Assembly: GCF_030144855.1 (NCBI RefSeq)
Contig: NC_082706.1
Coordinates: 106,268,001-106,332,000, forward strand
Length of the DNA stretch: 64,000 nucleotides
Direction: 5' to 3'
Source of the DNA: Hypanus sabinus
Lineage: Eukaryota
The notes beneath the pieces were generated by a model that was not told the DNA's origin, did no database searches, and saw only the letters and a list, made by a program, of their open reading frames with translations. The first letter of the stretch is position 1, and the number at the start of each line of letters is the position of its first letter. Shown here piece after piece: positions 26,447 to 39,177 of the stretch. The position numbers and the translations under genes were made by a program.

Positions 26447-27422
26447 CGACCTCTCCTTCACCATTCGGACACGGCGCTGAACTTCAATCCGGATCTCACC
26501 CCACCACGTGGCCCTGAAGCCCAACCCAGCCGCTGTGCGCAGGAGGTCGAATGTGATCCCAAGGTGAATTCTTGTCCACGCACACCGGGCATCTCTGCCT
26601 GAAGTCACCCGTCGCTGCAGCTTTCTGTTATGCCTCGGAGAGATCCACACTCAATTCCTCAGTTAGACTGCTCACGGCAAACTTTCACGCTCTTGCTTAT
26701 CTATAAATAATCTTCCCCTGCCTTCAAATTATACAAAGTCCCTGCTTACTCGAGAGCTTCCGGGAGTCACAGACGAGAGAAACCCTTTTCTTCATCCCAC
26801 TCTCGTTAATGTACAACAGCCATTCAATGCTGACTCCTATTCTAGGTTCTCCCACGAATGGAAACATCCTCTCTTCACGCCTCACTGTTAATATTCATCA
26901 GCGAACAGTACGATTTAATTAAGATCCTCTTACTATTAAAACATCCAGTGGATGTGAATCTAGCCTGTCCATCCTTTTTCCGGTCGTTCCCATGTACCCT
27001 CTCTGAAATGCTTCCAAATAATTGAATTGAATTGACTTTATTTCTTACACCCTTTAGACACGAGGAGTAAACATATTTACGTTACGCCTCAATCTAAACG
27101 TGTCATGTGCAATCATAGTAATTTATAATAAGTAGAACAGTCAAAGTATTGACATCCTTAAATAACTGGACCAATATTCCAGGTGTGGCTCCGTACACAG
27201 AGCATAACTTCGCTAACGTTGCAGTAAATTATCTTCCATTAGCTGTTCTGAAGACATGCCGCACCTGTGTATTCTGCACCACGTGTACCTTCCCGCTTCA
27301 GCACTGCATCCCTGAATAGAATAACACTCCTCTTATTTAGTGGGAACGCTGCCTACATCTCCGGTCATTGACATGAAGTTTCCTTTCCCCGGCGGAGCAG
27401 TCGAACGGCAGGAGAGACGGAG

Positions 27423-27839
27423 GGTTTTTGTATCGCCTTTCTGGGCACAGTAACAGATGGGGGCATCTGTCAGGGCAATCTTGTCAATCACAAGAGAGAA
27501 GAAAGAGTTACTGCCCTCGGCTGAGAACTTGGCGGACACTCCCGGATCCCGCTCCATCCGCCCTTTGCTAAAGCGCAGGATCCTTCTGGGTGCCTGGTTG
27601 GCGAGTTGGTAATACCAGTGGATGTCATCGAGTGCCCCTGCCTCGCACAGTATCTTCACCGTCGTCGTCTCTGGCTTCGTGATCGAAATCTGAGGCATCT
27701 TCAATTCCTCGGCCAGACATCCAGCTGCAAATAAAAGACACTGAAGCCACGCTGTCTTGAAGGAAAAAGCTGGTGCGGTGGTGGACATACTTGCGAGGGA
27801 AAGCGCCAGGGTGGTAAGCAGTGAACAGAGCGACGTGAT
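27423..27839 (-). pseudogene. V3 pseudogene copy a: V exon open, but start codon reads ATC and the RSS heptamer plus part of the spacer is deleted
   Basis: Leader-like (ATC)TSLCSLLTTLALSLA at 27839-27791, with no upstream in-frame ATG before a TGA. 66-nt GT-AG intron 27790-27725. V exon ...KILCEAGALDDIHWYYQLANQAPRRIL...DAPICYCA, then only AGAAAGGCGAT before nonamer ACAAAAACC (27431-27423). Confidence 0.85.
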
Positions 27840-28555
27840 ATAGCGGTGAAATTTCCGGGGGACTGGCTCCTCTCATAGCATAGTGAGATGTAATCAGCAA
27901 GTGCCCGGATACAGGCAGGTTGTTTCACGGCTGCACAGTGTATCCTTCATCGTCATCTTCATTTACACTTTCATTGTCCGCCCTTTACCTTGGAGAGAGG
28001 GGCGAACAACAGTGGTTTCTGTCGCCAGTTTGCGGGTGTAGAACTTTGGAATACATAAGGTATCGCTTTAAAGATTACTCAACCTCTGTCCCTCAAGTTC
28101 CCATCCACGAGGATGCAGGATGCACCAGGAGAAAGGAAAATTTAGCCGTTCATCGGTTCTTTACTTGCCTTCCTGGCCTCATTCTGCCTCCGGCATTCCA
28201 CTCCTATTGACCTGTCACTTACTTTCTCCCTCATTAGTGCCGAATATTCAAAATCTAAATCTCTGGAGCGAAGGATGCGTGAAGCGTGACCCGCTGAGTG
28301 ATTTCAGCGATCTCGCTTCAGATGCTGAAGGTTCAAACGGCACGCCACAGAGATGAGAGCATAAACGGAGGGGAAATCGAAGCAGGTGGGACTATCCTTG
28401 CTCGCGTTCCTGGTTCATCAATATCATGTTTGACCTTTAAGTCTGGAGCCGCTTTCCCGTCTATCGGCATCCCTCATCTTCAAATGAATTTATTTACCTG
28501 GGATAGACTAGCTGAATTCACAGCACGGAAACGGACAACTCTTCCAAACTGACCA

Positions 28556-29800
28556 ACCCAGTTTTGCATCCTATCAATGTCCCGCCTTAACCACTGACAG
28601 CTCTCCACACCATCCACAACACCTCCAACCTTTGTGTCATCAGCAAATTTACTAACACATCCCTCCTCTTCCTCATCCAGGTCATTTATAAAAATCACGA
28701 AGAGTAAGGGTCCCAGAACAGATCCCTGAGGAACACTACTGGTCACCGACCTCCACGCAGAATATGACCTATCTACAACCACTCTTTGCCTGCTGTGGAT
28801 AAGCCAATTCTGGACCGACAAAGCAATGTCCACTTGGATCTCATCCCTCCCCTTATCAAATGCCTTGCTGAAATATATATACACTACTTCTACTGTTCTA
28901 CCCTCATCAATGTGTCTAGTCATATCCTCAAAAAATTCAATCACTCTCGTAAGGCACGACCTGCCTTTGACAAAGCCATGCTGACTATTCCTAATCACAT
29001 TATGCCTCTACAAATGTTCATAATTCCTGCATCTTAGGATCTTTTCAATCAACTTACCAACCACTGAAGTAAGACTCGCTGATCTATAACTTCCTGGGCT
29101 ATCTCTACTCACTTTCTTGAATAAGGGAACAACATCCGAAAGCCTCCAATCCTGTGGAACTTCTCCCTCCCTATTGATCATGTAAAGATCATCGCCAGAG
29201 GCTCAGCCATTTCCTCCCTCACCTCCCACAGTAGCCTAGGGTTCATCCCGTCCAGTCCCGGTGACTTACCCAACTTGATACTTTCCACAAGCTCTAGTAC
29301 ATCCTCTTTCTAAATATCTATATGCTCAAGCTTTTCAGTCCACTGTAAGTCATCCCTACAATCGCCAGGAGCCTTTTCTGTAGAGAGTATTGAAGCAAAG
29401 TATTCATTAAGTACCTCTGCTATCTTCTCTGTTTCCATACACCCTTTTCCACTGTCACATTTGATTGGTCCTATTCTCTCACATCTTATCCTCTTGCTCC
29501 TCACATACTTGTAGAATGCCTTGCGATCTTCCTTAATCCTGTCTGCCAAGGCCATTTCTAGCTCTCCTAATTTCAATCTTAAACTCCTTCCTGCTAGCCT
29601 TATAATCTTCAAGATCTCTATTATTACCTAGCTTTTTGATCCTTTCGTCAACTTTTCTTTTCTTCTTGACTAGATTTACAACTGGCTTTGTACACCAATG
29701 TTCCTGGACTCTACCATCCTTTCCCTGTCTCATTGGAACGTACCTATGCAAAACTCCACACAAAATGTCCCCTGAACGTTTGCCACATTTCTGCCGTAAA
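28556..29800 (-). mobile_element. CR1 LINE RT fragment (paralogue 42262-43548 +)
   Basis: ORF 28480-28998 with [31 protein letters not shown] and KFADDTKVGG. Confidence 0.9.
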
Positions 29801-31648
29801 CAGGACGGTCTGCACCTGGGCTGGACTGGAACCAATGTCCTAGGGGGAGCGTTTGCTACTGCTGTTCAGGAGGATTTTAACTAATGTGGCAGGGGGATGG
29901 GAACAAGTGCAGAGAGACAGAGGGGTGTAAAATGAGGGTAGACGCAAAAAGTAGTAAGGTGAAAAGTAAAAGTGGCAGGCAGGCAAATCCAGGGCAAAAA
30001 GCAAAAAGAGCCACTTTTCAACACAATTGTATAAGGGCTAAGAGTGTTGTAAAAACAAGCCTGAAAGCTTTGTTTGTCAATGCGAGGAGCATTCGTAACA
30101 AGGTGGATGAATTGAATGTGCAGATAGTTATTAATGAATATGATATAGTTAGGATCACAGAGACATGGCTCCAGGGTGACCAAGGATGGGAGCTCAGCAT
30201 CCAGGGATATTCAATATTTAGGAGGGATAGACAGGAAGGAGAAGGAGGTGGGCTAGCATTGTTGGTTATAGAGGAGATTAACGCAGTATAAAGGAAGGAC
30301 ATTAGCCTGGAGGATGTGGAATCGATATGGGTAGAGCTGCATAACACTAAGGAGCAGAAAACGCTGGTGGGAGTTGTGTACAGGCCACCTAACTGTGGTA
30401 GTCAGGTTGGGGATGGCATTAAACAGGAAATTAGAAATGCGTGCAATAAAGGAACAGTAGTTATAATGTGTGACTTCTTCAATCTACATATAGATTGGGT
30501 GAACCAAATTGGTAGGGGTGCTGAGGAAGAGGATTTCTTGGAATGTATGCGGAATGGTTTTCTGAACCAACATGTCGAGGAACCAACTAGAGAGCAGGCC
30601 ATTCTAGATTGGGTATTGAGCAATGAGGAAGGGTTAGTTAGCAATCTCGTCGTGTGAGGCCCCTTGGGTAAGAGTGACCATAATATGGTGGAGTTCTTCA
30701 TTAAGATGGAGAGTGACATAGTTAATTCTGAAACAAAGGTTCTGAACTTAACGAAGGGTAACTTTGAAGGTATGAGTCGTGAATTAGCTAAGGTAGACTG
30801 GCAAATAATACTTAAAGGCTTGACGGTGGAGATGCAATGGCAAGCATTTAAAGATCGCATGGATGAACTACAACAATTGTTCATCCCAGTTTGGCAAAAG
30901 AATATACCAGGGAAGGTAGTGCACCCATGGCTGACAAGGGAAATTAGGGATAGTATCAAGTCCAAAGAAGAAGCGTATAAATAAGCAAAAAAAAAAAAAA
31001 GCGGCACACCTGAGGACTGGGAGAAATTCAGAGACCAGCAGAGGAGGACAAAGGGCTTAATTAGGAAAGGGAAAATGATTATGAGAGAAAGCTGGCAGGG
31101 AACATAAAAACTGACTGTAAAAGCTTTTATAGATATGTGAAAAGGAGAAGATTGGTCAAGACAATTGTAGGTCCTTTACAGTCAGAAACAGGTGAATTGA
31201 TCAGAGGGAACAAAGACATGGCAGACCAATTGAATAACTACTTTAGTTCTGTCTTCACTAAGGAGGACATAAGTAATCTTCCAGGAATAGTAAGGGACCG
31301 AGGGTCTAGTCAGGAACTGAGGGAAATACATGTTAATAGGGAAGTGGTGTTAGGTGAATTGAAGGGATTAAAGGCAGATAAATCCCCAGGGCCAGATGGT
31401 CTGCATCCAAGAGTGCTTAAGGAAGAAGCCCAAGAAATAGTGGATGCATTAGTGATAATTCTTCAAAACTCCGTAGATCCTAGATTAGTTCCTGAGGATT
31501 GGAGGGTGGTTAATGTAACCCTACTTTTTAAAAAAGGAGAGAGAAACCGGGGAATTATAGACCGGTTAGTCTGACATTGGTGGTGGAGAAAATGCTAGAG
31601 TCGGTTATCAAAGATGTAATAACAGCACACTTGGAAAGAGGTGAAATC
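29800..31648 (+). mobile_element. CR1 LINE fragment (ORF1 end, endonuclease, start of RT), truncated at both ends, lying between units E and C
   Basis: LFVNARSIRNKVDEL, ITETWL, GVVYRPPN and KSPGPDGLHPRVLKE motifs; no 3' tail. Confidence 0.9.
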
Positions 31649-34600
31649 AGTTTCAGTGCTGGGGGCAGCCCGCAAGTGTTACCACACAAGCTGTTGTCAA
31701 TGTACCATGCCCACAATGCTCAGCAGAACACAGTAAAACAGAACACAACAAGCAACAAATCAACAACAGCAACCAAGCTCCATTCCTCCCTCCCACCATG
31801 TATATACATTAATCGAATTCCAGGACTCTCCATATTCTTCAGCCTCCAGTCTCCAGAAAACTCAGAATCAGATTCGGATGCATAGACATTGGGCCTTTGA
31901 CCCAAGTGATCGCCCAGAGATTTACATATTCAGGACTCCAGCTAATGGGCTTTGACTCCAGGCTTTCAATTCGACCCTTGAGCTTTGATTCTCAGTATCA
32001 ATAACAGATGTAATTAAGTTATAGATAGATTCAAAGTTCAAGCATTTGTGAGTAATTGGGAATTGACACAGAAGGGGAGTTGAAACCAACACTTGAGTCA
32101 AGCCAATTATTCATCCAACACAGGGGAAGAAGGATAGCTCGAAGATGATAGGTGAAGGCATCTTGAGGTTTTCCATGTAAAGAGCCTTTACTTGACAATG
32201 TCATCATGTCACCACTCTGTCTCCCCTTTACTTATTCTCTTCTCCTGACATATCTATCACCTACCCCTGGTGCCCCTTTGTCTTCTCTCTCACCTTCCTT
32301 CCTCTCCAGACTTTATCTTTCCCGCACACCTGCTTTCACCTATCAGCTTCTAGCAATTCTCCTTCCAGCACCCCGCACCTTCACCTTTAAATTGTGGCAT
32401 TTTCCTCCATCCTTTGCAGTCCTGAAGAAGGGTGTTCACTCAAAATATTGACTGTTTATTCATTTGTACAGATGCTGTCTGACCTGCTGTCTACCTGCAG
32501 CATTTTGTGTGTGTTGCTTTGGATTTTCAGCCAACATAGAATTTCTTGTGGTCCTCATTTCATAGAGGAGCTTACTAAGAGAAAAGATGCTGACACACAC
32601 TGGTTTAAGTCAGGACAGCAGGAGCAATGGGCTGGGGGAATATTTATTGGAAGGACATTCTGGAAAGGCAGGGAATGCTGGAAGTGGATAAGACACCTGG
32701 TCCAGATGGCTTGCATCCAGAATTACTGAGGAAAGTTGGGTCAGACAATACAGAGAGTTGTGATCATCTTCCATTTCCCCAGGGTAAGGGGGCCAGAGGA
32801 ACATGACAGCTCTGTTTAGGAAAAAGTGGATGCATATTCCGAGAAACGATTGACCAATCAATCTGATAGGAACATCAGTAAAATTTTGAAATCAAGTTAA
32901 TGAAGTAAATCAACAGGCTTTTAGAGAGGATAACTCAGGAGAGCAAGCATGAACTTGTAAAATGCAAATTGGATTTCATGAATATAATTATACTTTTTAA
33001 TAAAGCAATAGAAAAGCTGATGTAAGTACATTGAACCAGAAAGTTAGCCTTGCCTCTCTGTCTCTCATGTGGGATGGTTGAATGCTGCTCTTGCGGGACG
33101 TGTGAAGGCAGGGAGACCTCCACTGTCTCTGATGACTTCACCAGTGAGAAGTGCATCCAGCAGCACCACGGAACACTCTACATCAAGGAGTTGGAGCTGG
33201 AACTGTGATGATAGGGGATTTATTTGTTCAGGGAAAAGAAAGGAAGTTCTGTGGATGAGAACGATATTCACGTGTGGTATGTTGCATCCTGGGTGCCGAG
33301 GTCTGGCACTTCTCAAATCTAGTCCTCAGCATTCTGAAATGGGAGAGTCAGTAGCTGTGGTCCATATGGATACCAATGACATAAGTAGGAAGATTGAAGA
33401 GGTTCTGGAAAGGTATTTCAGGGCAACAGGTGCGAAGTTAAAGGACAGGACCTCGAGGGATGTAATCTCAGGATTGCTACCCATGCCACATGTGTTAGTG
33501 AGGCTAGGAATAGAAAGATAACACAGTTTAACACATGGCTAATGACTTAGTGTAGTTGGCAGGGTGTCAGAATTTGGCTCGTTGGGCTGTCTTCCAGGGA
33601 ATGTGGGATTTGTACTGAAGAGATTAATACCCTCCCAGGAAGGTTTGCTGGTGCTGCATGGTTGGGGGAGTGGGTGGAGGGGTGTATGTGTTTAATCTAG
33701 AGTTTCAGGGGAATGGAAACCAGAGTACCAGAACAGATAGTGGAGAGCTTGTGGAGACAGATGTTGTTAAGATCTCAGACAATTTCAGGAATCCAAAGGT
33801 TGGGCATGGTGTAACTAATGTTCTGAGCTGCATATAGTTCAATGGAAGAAATACTATAGGAAAGGCTGATGCGTTCAGAACATGGATCAACGCATGGAAT
33901 CATGATATAGTAGCCATTAGTGAGACTTGGTTGGAGGAGAGGCTGGACTGGCAGCTCAATATTCCAGTTCCTGTTGTTTTAGATGCAGCAGAGCAGGAGG
34001 GATTAAAGGAGGAGGGGTGGTGTTACTGGAAACGGAAATCACACAGCTGTGCTCAGTCAGGGGCAGACGGGAGAACTTGTCAGGTGAGGCTTTATGGGTG
34101 GTACTGAGGAATAAGAACGGTATGGGCAGGTTAATGGGGCTATATTATAGACCACCCAGCAGTCCGCAGGATTTAGAGAACAAATCTGTAGAGAGGTTAC
34201 AGAATGATGCCAGAAACATTAATTGTAGGTTACTTTAACCTTCCACTATTGAACTGGGATTCCCATACTCGAAAAGGACGGGATGGGATAGAATTTGCAA
34301 ATGTGTTCAGGAAAGTTTCTGAATCAGTACATAGAATTCCCAGTGAGAGGTTGTGCAGTATTTGATCTTCTTTTTAGGAATAGCACAGGGCAGGTGACAG
34401 AAGTTTGTGTTGGGGAACACTTTTGACCTGGTGATCACAATGTCATTCATTTCAAAGAAAGTATGCAAAAAGATAGGTCTAGACTGTAGGTTGATAATCT
34501 GAATTGGAGAAAGGCTAATTTTAATTACCAGGATGTTGTCAGGACAATAGATTAGGAAAAGAAAAGGGGAAAAAAATCGCTGGTTTGGAAGTCATTCAAT

Positions 34601-36288
34601 GGCAAAAGGTTTAAATGCACAGGCACTTATATTCACTTCTCCAGATTTCCTCGACACACCAGGGCACAAGGAAATGGGATCGGAAGAGGAGAAGAAGGAT
34701 GTGGTATTCAGGCCCAGAGTGCTGCCCCAACATTCAATATGATAATTGCTAACATGCCCCAGGCCTCAGCATCTCCTCCATATGAGACCATCATGGCCCT
34801 CAGTTGTCTGATTCATACATTCATCATACTGCACTGATACAGGCCGTTCAGCCCTACTCGTCCAAACTTCTAACGGCCAATGGAAGGGAAGCAAATTTAT
34901 TGTTTCAGGTGGAAATTTCAGACAAGTAACAATCAACCTTCAATGGCCCAAGGTCCAGAAATATATTGAGATTCCAAAGAATCGCTTCTCCCTGCCAGAA
35001 GTTGTAAACGACTCCCATTTCCGTTTTATTGAAATTTTGTCGTCTGGGTTGTGAGAAATCGTGATATCAATAAACGAGATATTTGAAGTGCATGGAAACG
35101 TTGTCTGGGCGCGGGTCCGCATTCCATCAGGGTGACTTTTGGCAACTCTGTGGACATTGTGAGGGATCATTGACAGCAATGGTGCAGAGGTAGGAAATCA
35201 GCGGAGAGGGTGAAACAGGGCGAGGGGAAACGCAAGCGTTCTATCAGGGACATGTTAGAGAGAACTCCAAACCGAATGCGTTCCGCACTCTGTACTACTG
35301 AGTGACATAGTGAAACCGCAGGCGTCACTACTTCTTTCGGAGTTTGAGATTTGGTGTGTCAGCAGAGACTCCTGCAATAGTTTTACAGATATACCACGGA
35401 GAATATTCAGCTTATATAGATCCTGTAATGCAAGAGGTTGTAGAGAGTTGGAGACTCAACCAGCTCCTTCACGGCAAAACCATCTCCGCCATCGCGGACT
35501 TTTCAAGAGGCAGTGCTTCAAGAAGGCAGCATCCATTATTAAAGACCCTCACCATCCGGGACACCATACGAGTCTAAAGACCAACACTCAACATTGTAAC
35601 GACCGTTTATTCCCCTCCGCCATCAGATTTCTGAAGGGCCCATGAAAACAATCGTCTTCTTTTCATTTATTAGTTTGGTTACTGATACTAATGTTTCTGT
35701 CTTGCACTGTACTACTGTCGCAAAGCAACACATTTCGCGACTTACGTCAGTGGTAATAAGCCTGATTCTCATTCTGATTCACCAACAGGGCGCTGAGCTA
35801 AACAAACATTGTCATGAAGGCGGCGCTCGGGATCCAGTGACCACGCAAAAGAGAAAGTTGAGGGATTGACACTGAGAGGTTTCGACAAGAGACAGAAGGT
35901 CTTGCTGACAGTGAGGGGTGAGGAGGTGGAACGAGATTGGGATCTGCGTCGCTGCACTAATGTTGCCCGGATTGCTGAGATTTTCCATAATATTCTGGAA
36001 TGTTCTGGAGTTTTAATTGAAAGCAAATTATGGAAACGGGACCGAGGGGCCGAGTGGCATTGTGGGATATTCAAGTAAACCTCTCCAATTTATGAAAGGA
36101 ATATATACACCTGGACATGCCCCGCCCCTGACACCCGTCCCCTAAGAAAGGCGGCGCTACCAGTCTCATATAAAGAAGTGATTTGGACACGGACCGTGGT
36201 AGGAGTTGAGGCGGGTTCAGCCCCGACAATAAAAGCTGTTAAACTGCGCTTCCTCTCAGATTCCAAACACTGACCCGGCGCAACAAGC

Positions 36289-36713
36289 ATGTGGCAGGGT
36301 GCCTGGTTCCTGGTGCTGCTTTTCAGCTGTGCGTTACCAACTCCTCTTCAACTTTTATTGCTCCTTCCCGCCGCGCAGATTCTTTTACCGTTTTCTGCTC
36401 TTTTTGCAGGTGGAAGTGTGGCTCTTACCCTGATCCAGTCCAAACCATGGATTACAGCACCTGTTGGGGAAAGCGTGCGTGTATGGTGTCAAGTGAATGG
36501 AGGTTCCGTAAACAGCTATTATCCCCTTCACTGGTACCAACAGAAACCCGGCAAGCCGCTCGAAAGGATACTCCACTATGGAGATAGCGTAACGCGGGAT
36601 TCGGGATTCGGGACATCCTTCAGCGCGGCAAAAATTACAGATTCCAATCTCTATCTGTCAATCGAAGTTAACGCTGACAGCGCTGCCACCTATTACTGCG
36701 CCTACTGGGTTTA
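36289..36713 (+). CDS. TRGV: TCR gamma-type V segment, family V1 copy c (leader 36289-36328, intron 36329-36409, V exon 36410-36713); open
   Basis: Leader MWQGAWFLVLLFS; V exon ...VRVWCQVNGGSVNSYYPLHWYQQKPG...YYCAYWV; RSS follows. Confidence 0.88.
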
Positions 36714-36751
36714 CACAGTATGTAATAGATAACAAACTCAACACAAAAACC
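36714..36751 (+). other. RSS (22-nt spacer) of V1c
   Basis: CACAGTA (36714-36720) + 22 nt + ACAAAAACC (36743-36751). Confidence 0.95.
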
Positions 36752-39177
36752 TCGACGAGCAGCCAGTCAAACGGAGCCGCTGATCCGGAGGCTGCAGCGA
36801 TCCCCCTCTGCTAGGCTTGCGTTGACTCCTATCTGCCGGGCAGGATGTTGGGGTCTGCGCAAGAGGCAGGGACAAAGGGGTTCTGTCACCAGAAACACGC
36901 AGCGTGGCCTGGCAGCTGTTGCGGCAGGGGAACTGGGATTGCCAGTCTCCGAAAGATACTGATCTCCCGATGCGGGAAGCTGAGCGTTAACCACAGCCTC
37001 CCGATCCTGAACCCGCTGCTCAAAACGGGAATTACTTGCGACACGCAGTCTGGCTGACATATGCATCTTGGTCCCAATTCACTCTTGGTACGGATTGCAC
37101 GCAATTTTCGATTCAGTTTCAGATTTATCACATTTAAAGAGTCAGCAAAACATTATGGGCCGAAGGACCTCTACTGTGCCGTGTGGTTCTCTGTTCTATA
37201 ACAACAGATGTCCTCACCGAGAGAACTTTTCGTGCTCTTCCTATTCTCGGCAAGTCCTCCAGAGTTGTACAACTTGGAGAACCAGCGCTTTATCAGCCAA
37301 TGGGCGATGGTAGCTGGCAATCAAGAAAGTGTTTCCTCGACAGTTTGACCTCAGACGTGGAGACATGTGGGACCTGGAGCCAACGTAGAGGACACTCACA
37401 TTTACACCATTCTATGCTAACTGCGTCTGTGAGGTTTGAGGTACACACACATTGTGTTAGAGGAACCTGGCGTTTGACTGTAAGTAACGTAAGTTGACTA
37501 GACACTTCCCCAATTGGCACCGGAGCAATATGATTCACATACCGCAGGAAATGTTGACCTGGGATGCATGCTGGAGTGCACTCATCACGAACATTGCAAG
37601 AACCTGCCGCACTGTCATGGGCATCGTACAGTTTGCAAAAGAATGCGGTTTTAAATTTCTTCACGTGGCATTACTAACTGATCGAGATAACTGTATTCAG
37701 CAAACGCTTTGAGATAAGTCAATATCTTGACTGTCTTTAGTCGAACTGCTTTCATATAGTTACAGCATTGACCCATTGGGGTGACAATATGTGCCACGAG
37801 AACGTAGCGGTTAGCACGACGCTATTGCAGCTCAGGCGCGTCGGAGTTTGGAGTTCAGTTCTGGCGCTATCTGTAAGGAGTCTCTGTGGTTCCTCTCTGT
37901 GGACTGTCTGGGTTTTCCCCGGGTTCTCCGGTTTCCTCTCACTGTCCAAAGACGAACCGGGCAGGTTAGCTGATCATTGTAAATTGTGATTAGGTTAGGC
38001 TTCATCGAGGTTGTCGGGGAGGGGTGACCTTAAGTCCGGAAGGGCCTAATCTGCAATGTATCGCTAAATAAAGAAATAAAATTGCCTAGTGATGTCCTGT
38101 TCTTTTAAAACCGAGCAAATCTGATCTGGCTATTTACAGCACAAAACTGGGACCAGAGATCTGAGTTCCAGGGATGAGGCGAGAGGATTTGATAACAGGA
38201 CAGTATTTGGTTTACTGTAGCTCACAGTAACCCTGACAAAAATTCAAGTCAATGGGCATTAAGTGGTGTTCGCTCCAAGGACTGGAGTAATAACTTGGAA
38301 CAAGGAGCGTGGATTGAAGACTCTTCCCCGACCCGTACATTTTCAGTTACTTCACCAATAAATTTACAAACTTGCCACACGTGTACAGGTAATGAAAATG
38401 CCTGACAAGTGTTTCCAATTACCAATCCTTGATGTTCATCGACCAGAAATACAATCGGACCAGCCACACAAACAGTGGGACAACAAGTATGCCCACAGAA
38501 AGTGAATCTCAGTCTAAATATGGTGACATGTGTGCACTTCGATAATAAAGTTTACCCTGAACTTTGAACTTTGAATATGGCTGGTATCCTGGGGCATACA
38601 CACTTTCTGATATTTCAAAGCCTTCCCATTATCTGTAAATGAAATTAGGGGTGTTATGTCGAAACATTTAGGTGCAGGAATTCATCTCAAGGAACATTAA
38701 AGAAGCTGAACGCCATCCTGAATAAATCTGCTCCTTTCACTAAGAACAACCAACTGCCCAGAATATTCATTCTTGTGACCAGCTACTCTGAATATTTGTA
38801 AACATCCAGGCTACTAATGCACTGCAATTACCTACCCAGGTTTATTTGACAGCACCTCCCAACTCACAGTCTATCACCAAGAAAGATTAAGGCAGATATA
38901 GCTACTGTTCCGATTGAAATACCATATATGTTATGCCATGGGTAAATGGGTCTGAGACATTTTTTTCAAATAACATGCCCCACCCAGAAGTGGGGAGTTA
39001 TGGTAGCACGGGGTTCAATTCCCACCAGTACCTTAAGGAGTTTGTACTTTCTCCTATTCCGGCTGGTCTGGTTTCCTCCGACTGTCCAAAATGTACTGGT
39101 TGGTAGGTTAATTGGTCATTGTAAATTGTCCCGTGATAGGTTTAAATTGGGTATTGCTCAAAGTGCCAGAAGGGCCT

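Larger units (their letters stand above)
25330..29800 (-). repeat. Segmental duplication unit E (V3psi+V2); inverted copy of 42302-46760
   Basis: Reverse-complement similarity across V2, V3psi and the adjoining CR1 fragment. Confidence 0.9.
31649..39090 (+). repeat. Segmental duplication unit C (V1c); inverted partner of unit B
   Basis: Starts agtttcagtgctggggg (= revcomp of 23334-23350) and ends ~39090 (= revcomp of 15042). Confidence 0.9.

Noticed and set aside
30402-31007. Long antisense ORFs (e.g. 30402-31007, 60092-60814, 49191-49715) as host genes
   Set aside because: They are shadows of CR1 sequence with no recognisable domain or splice structure.
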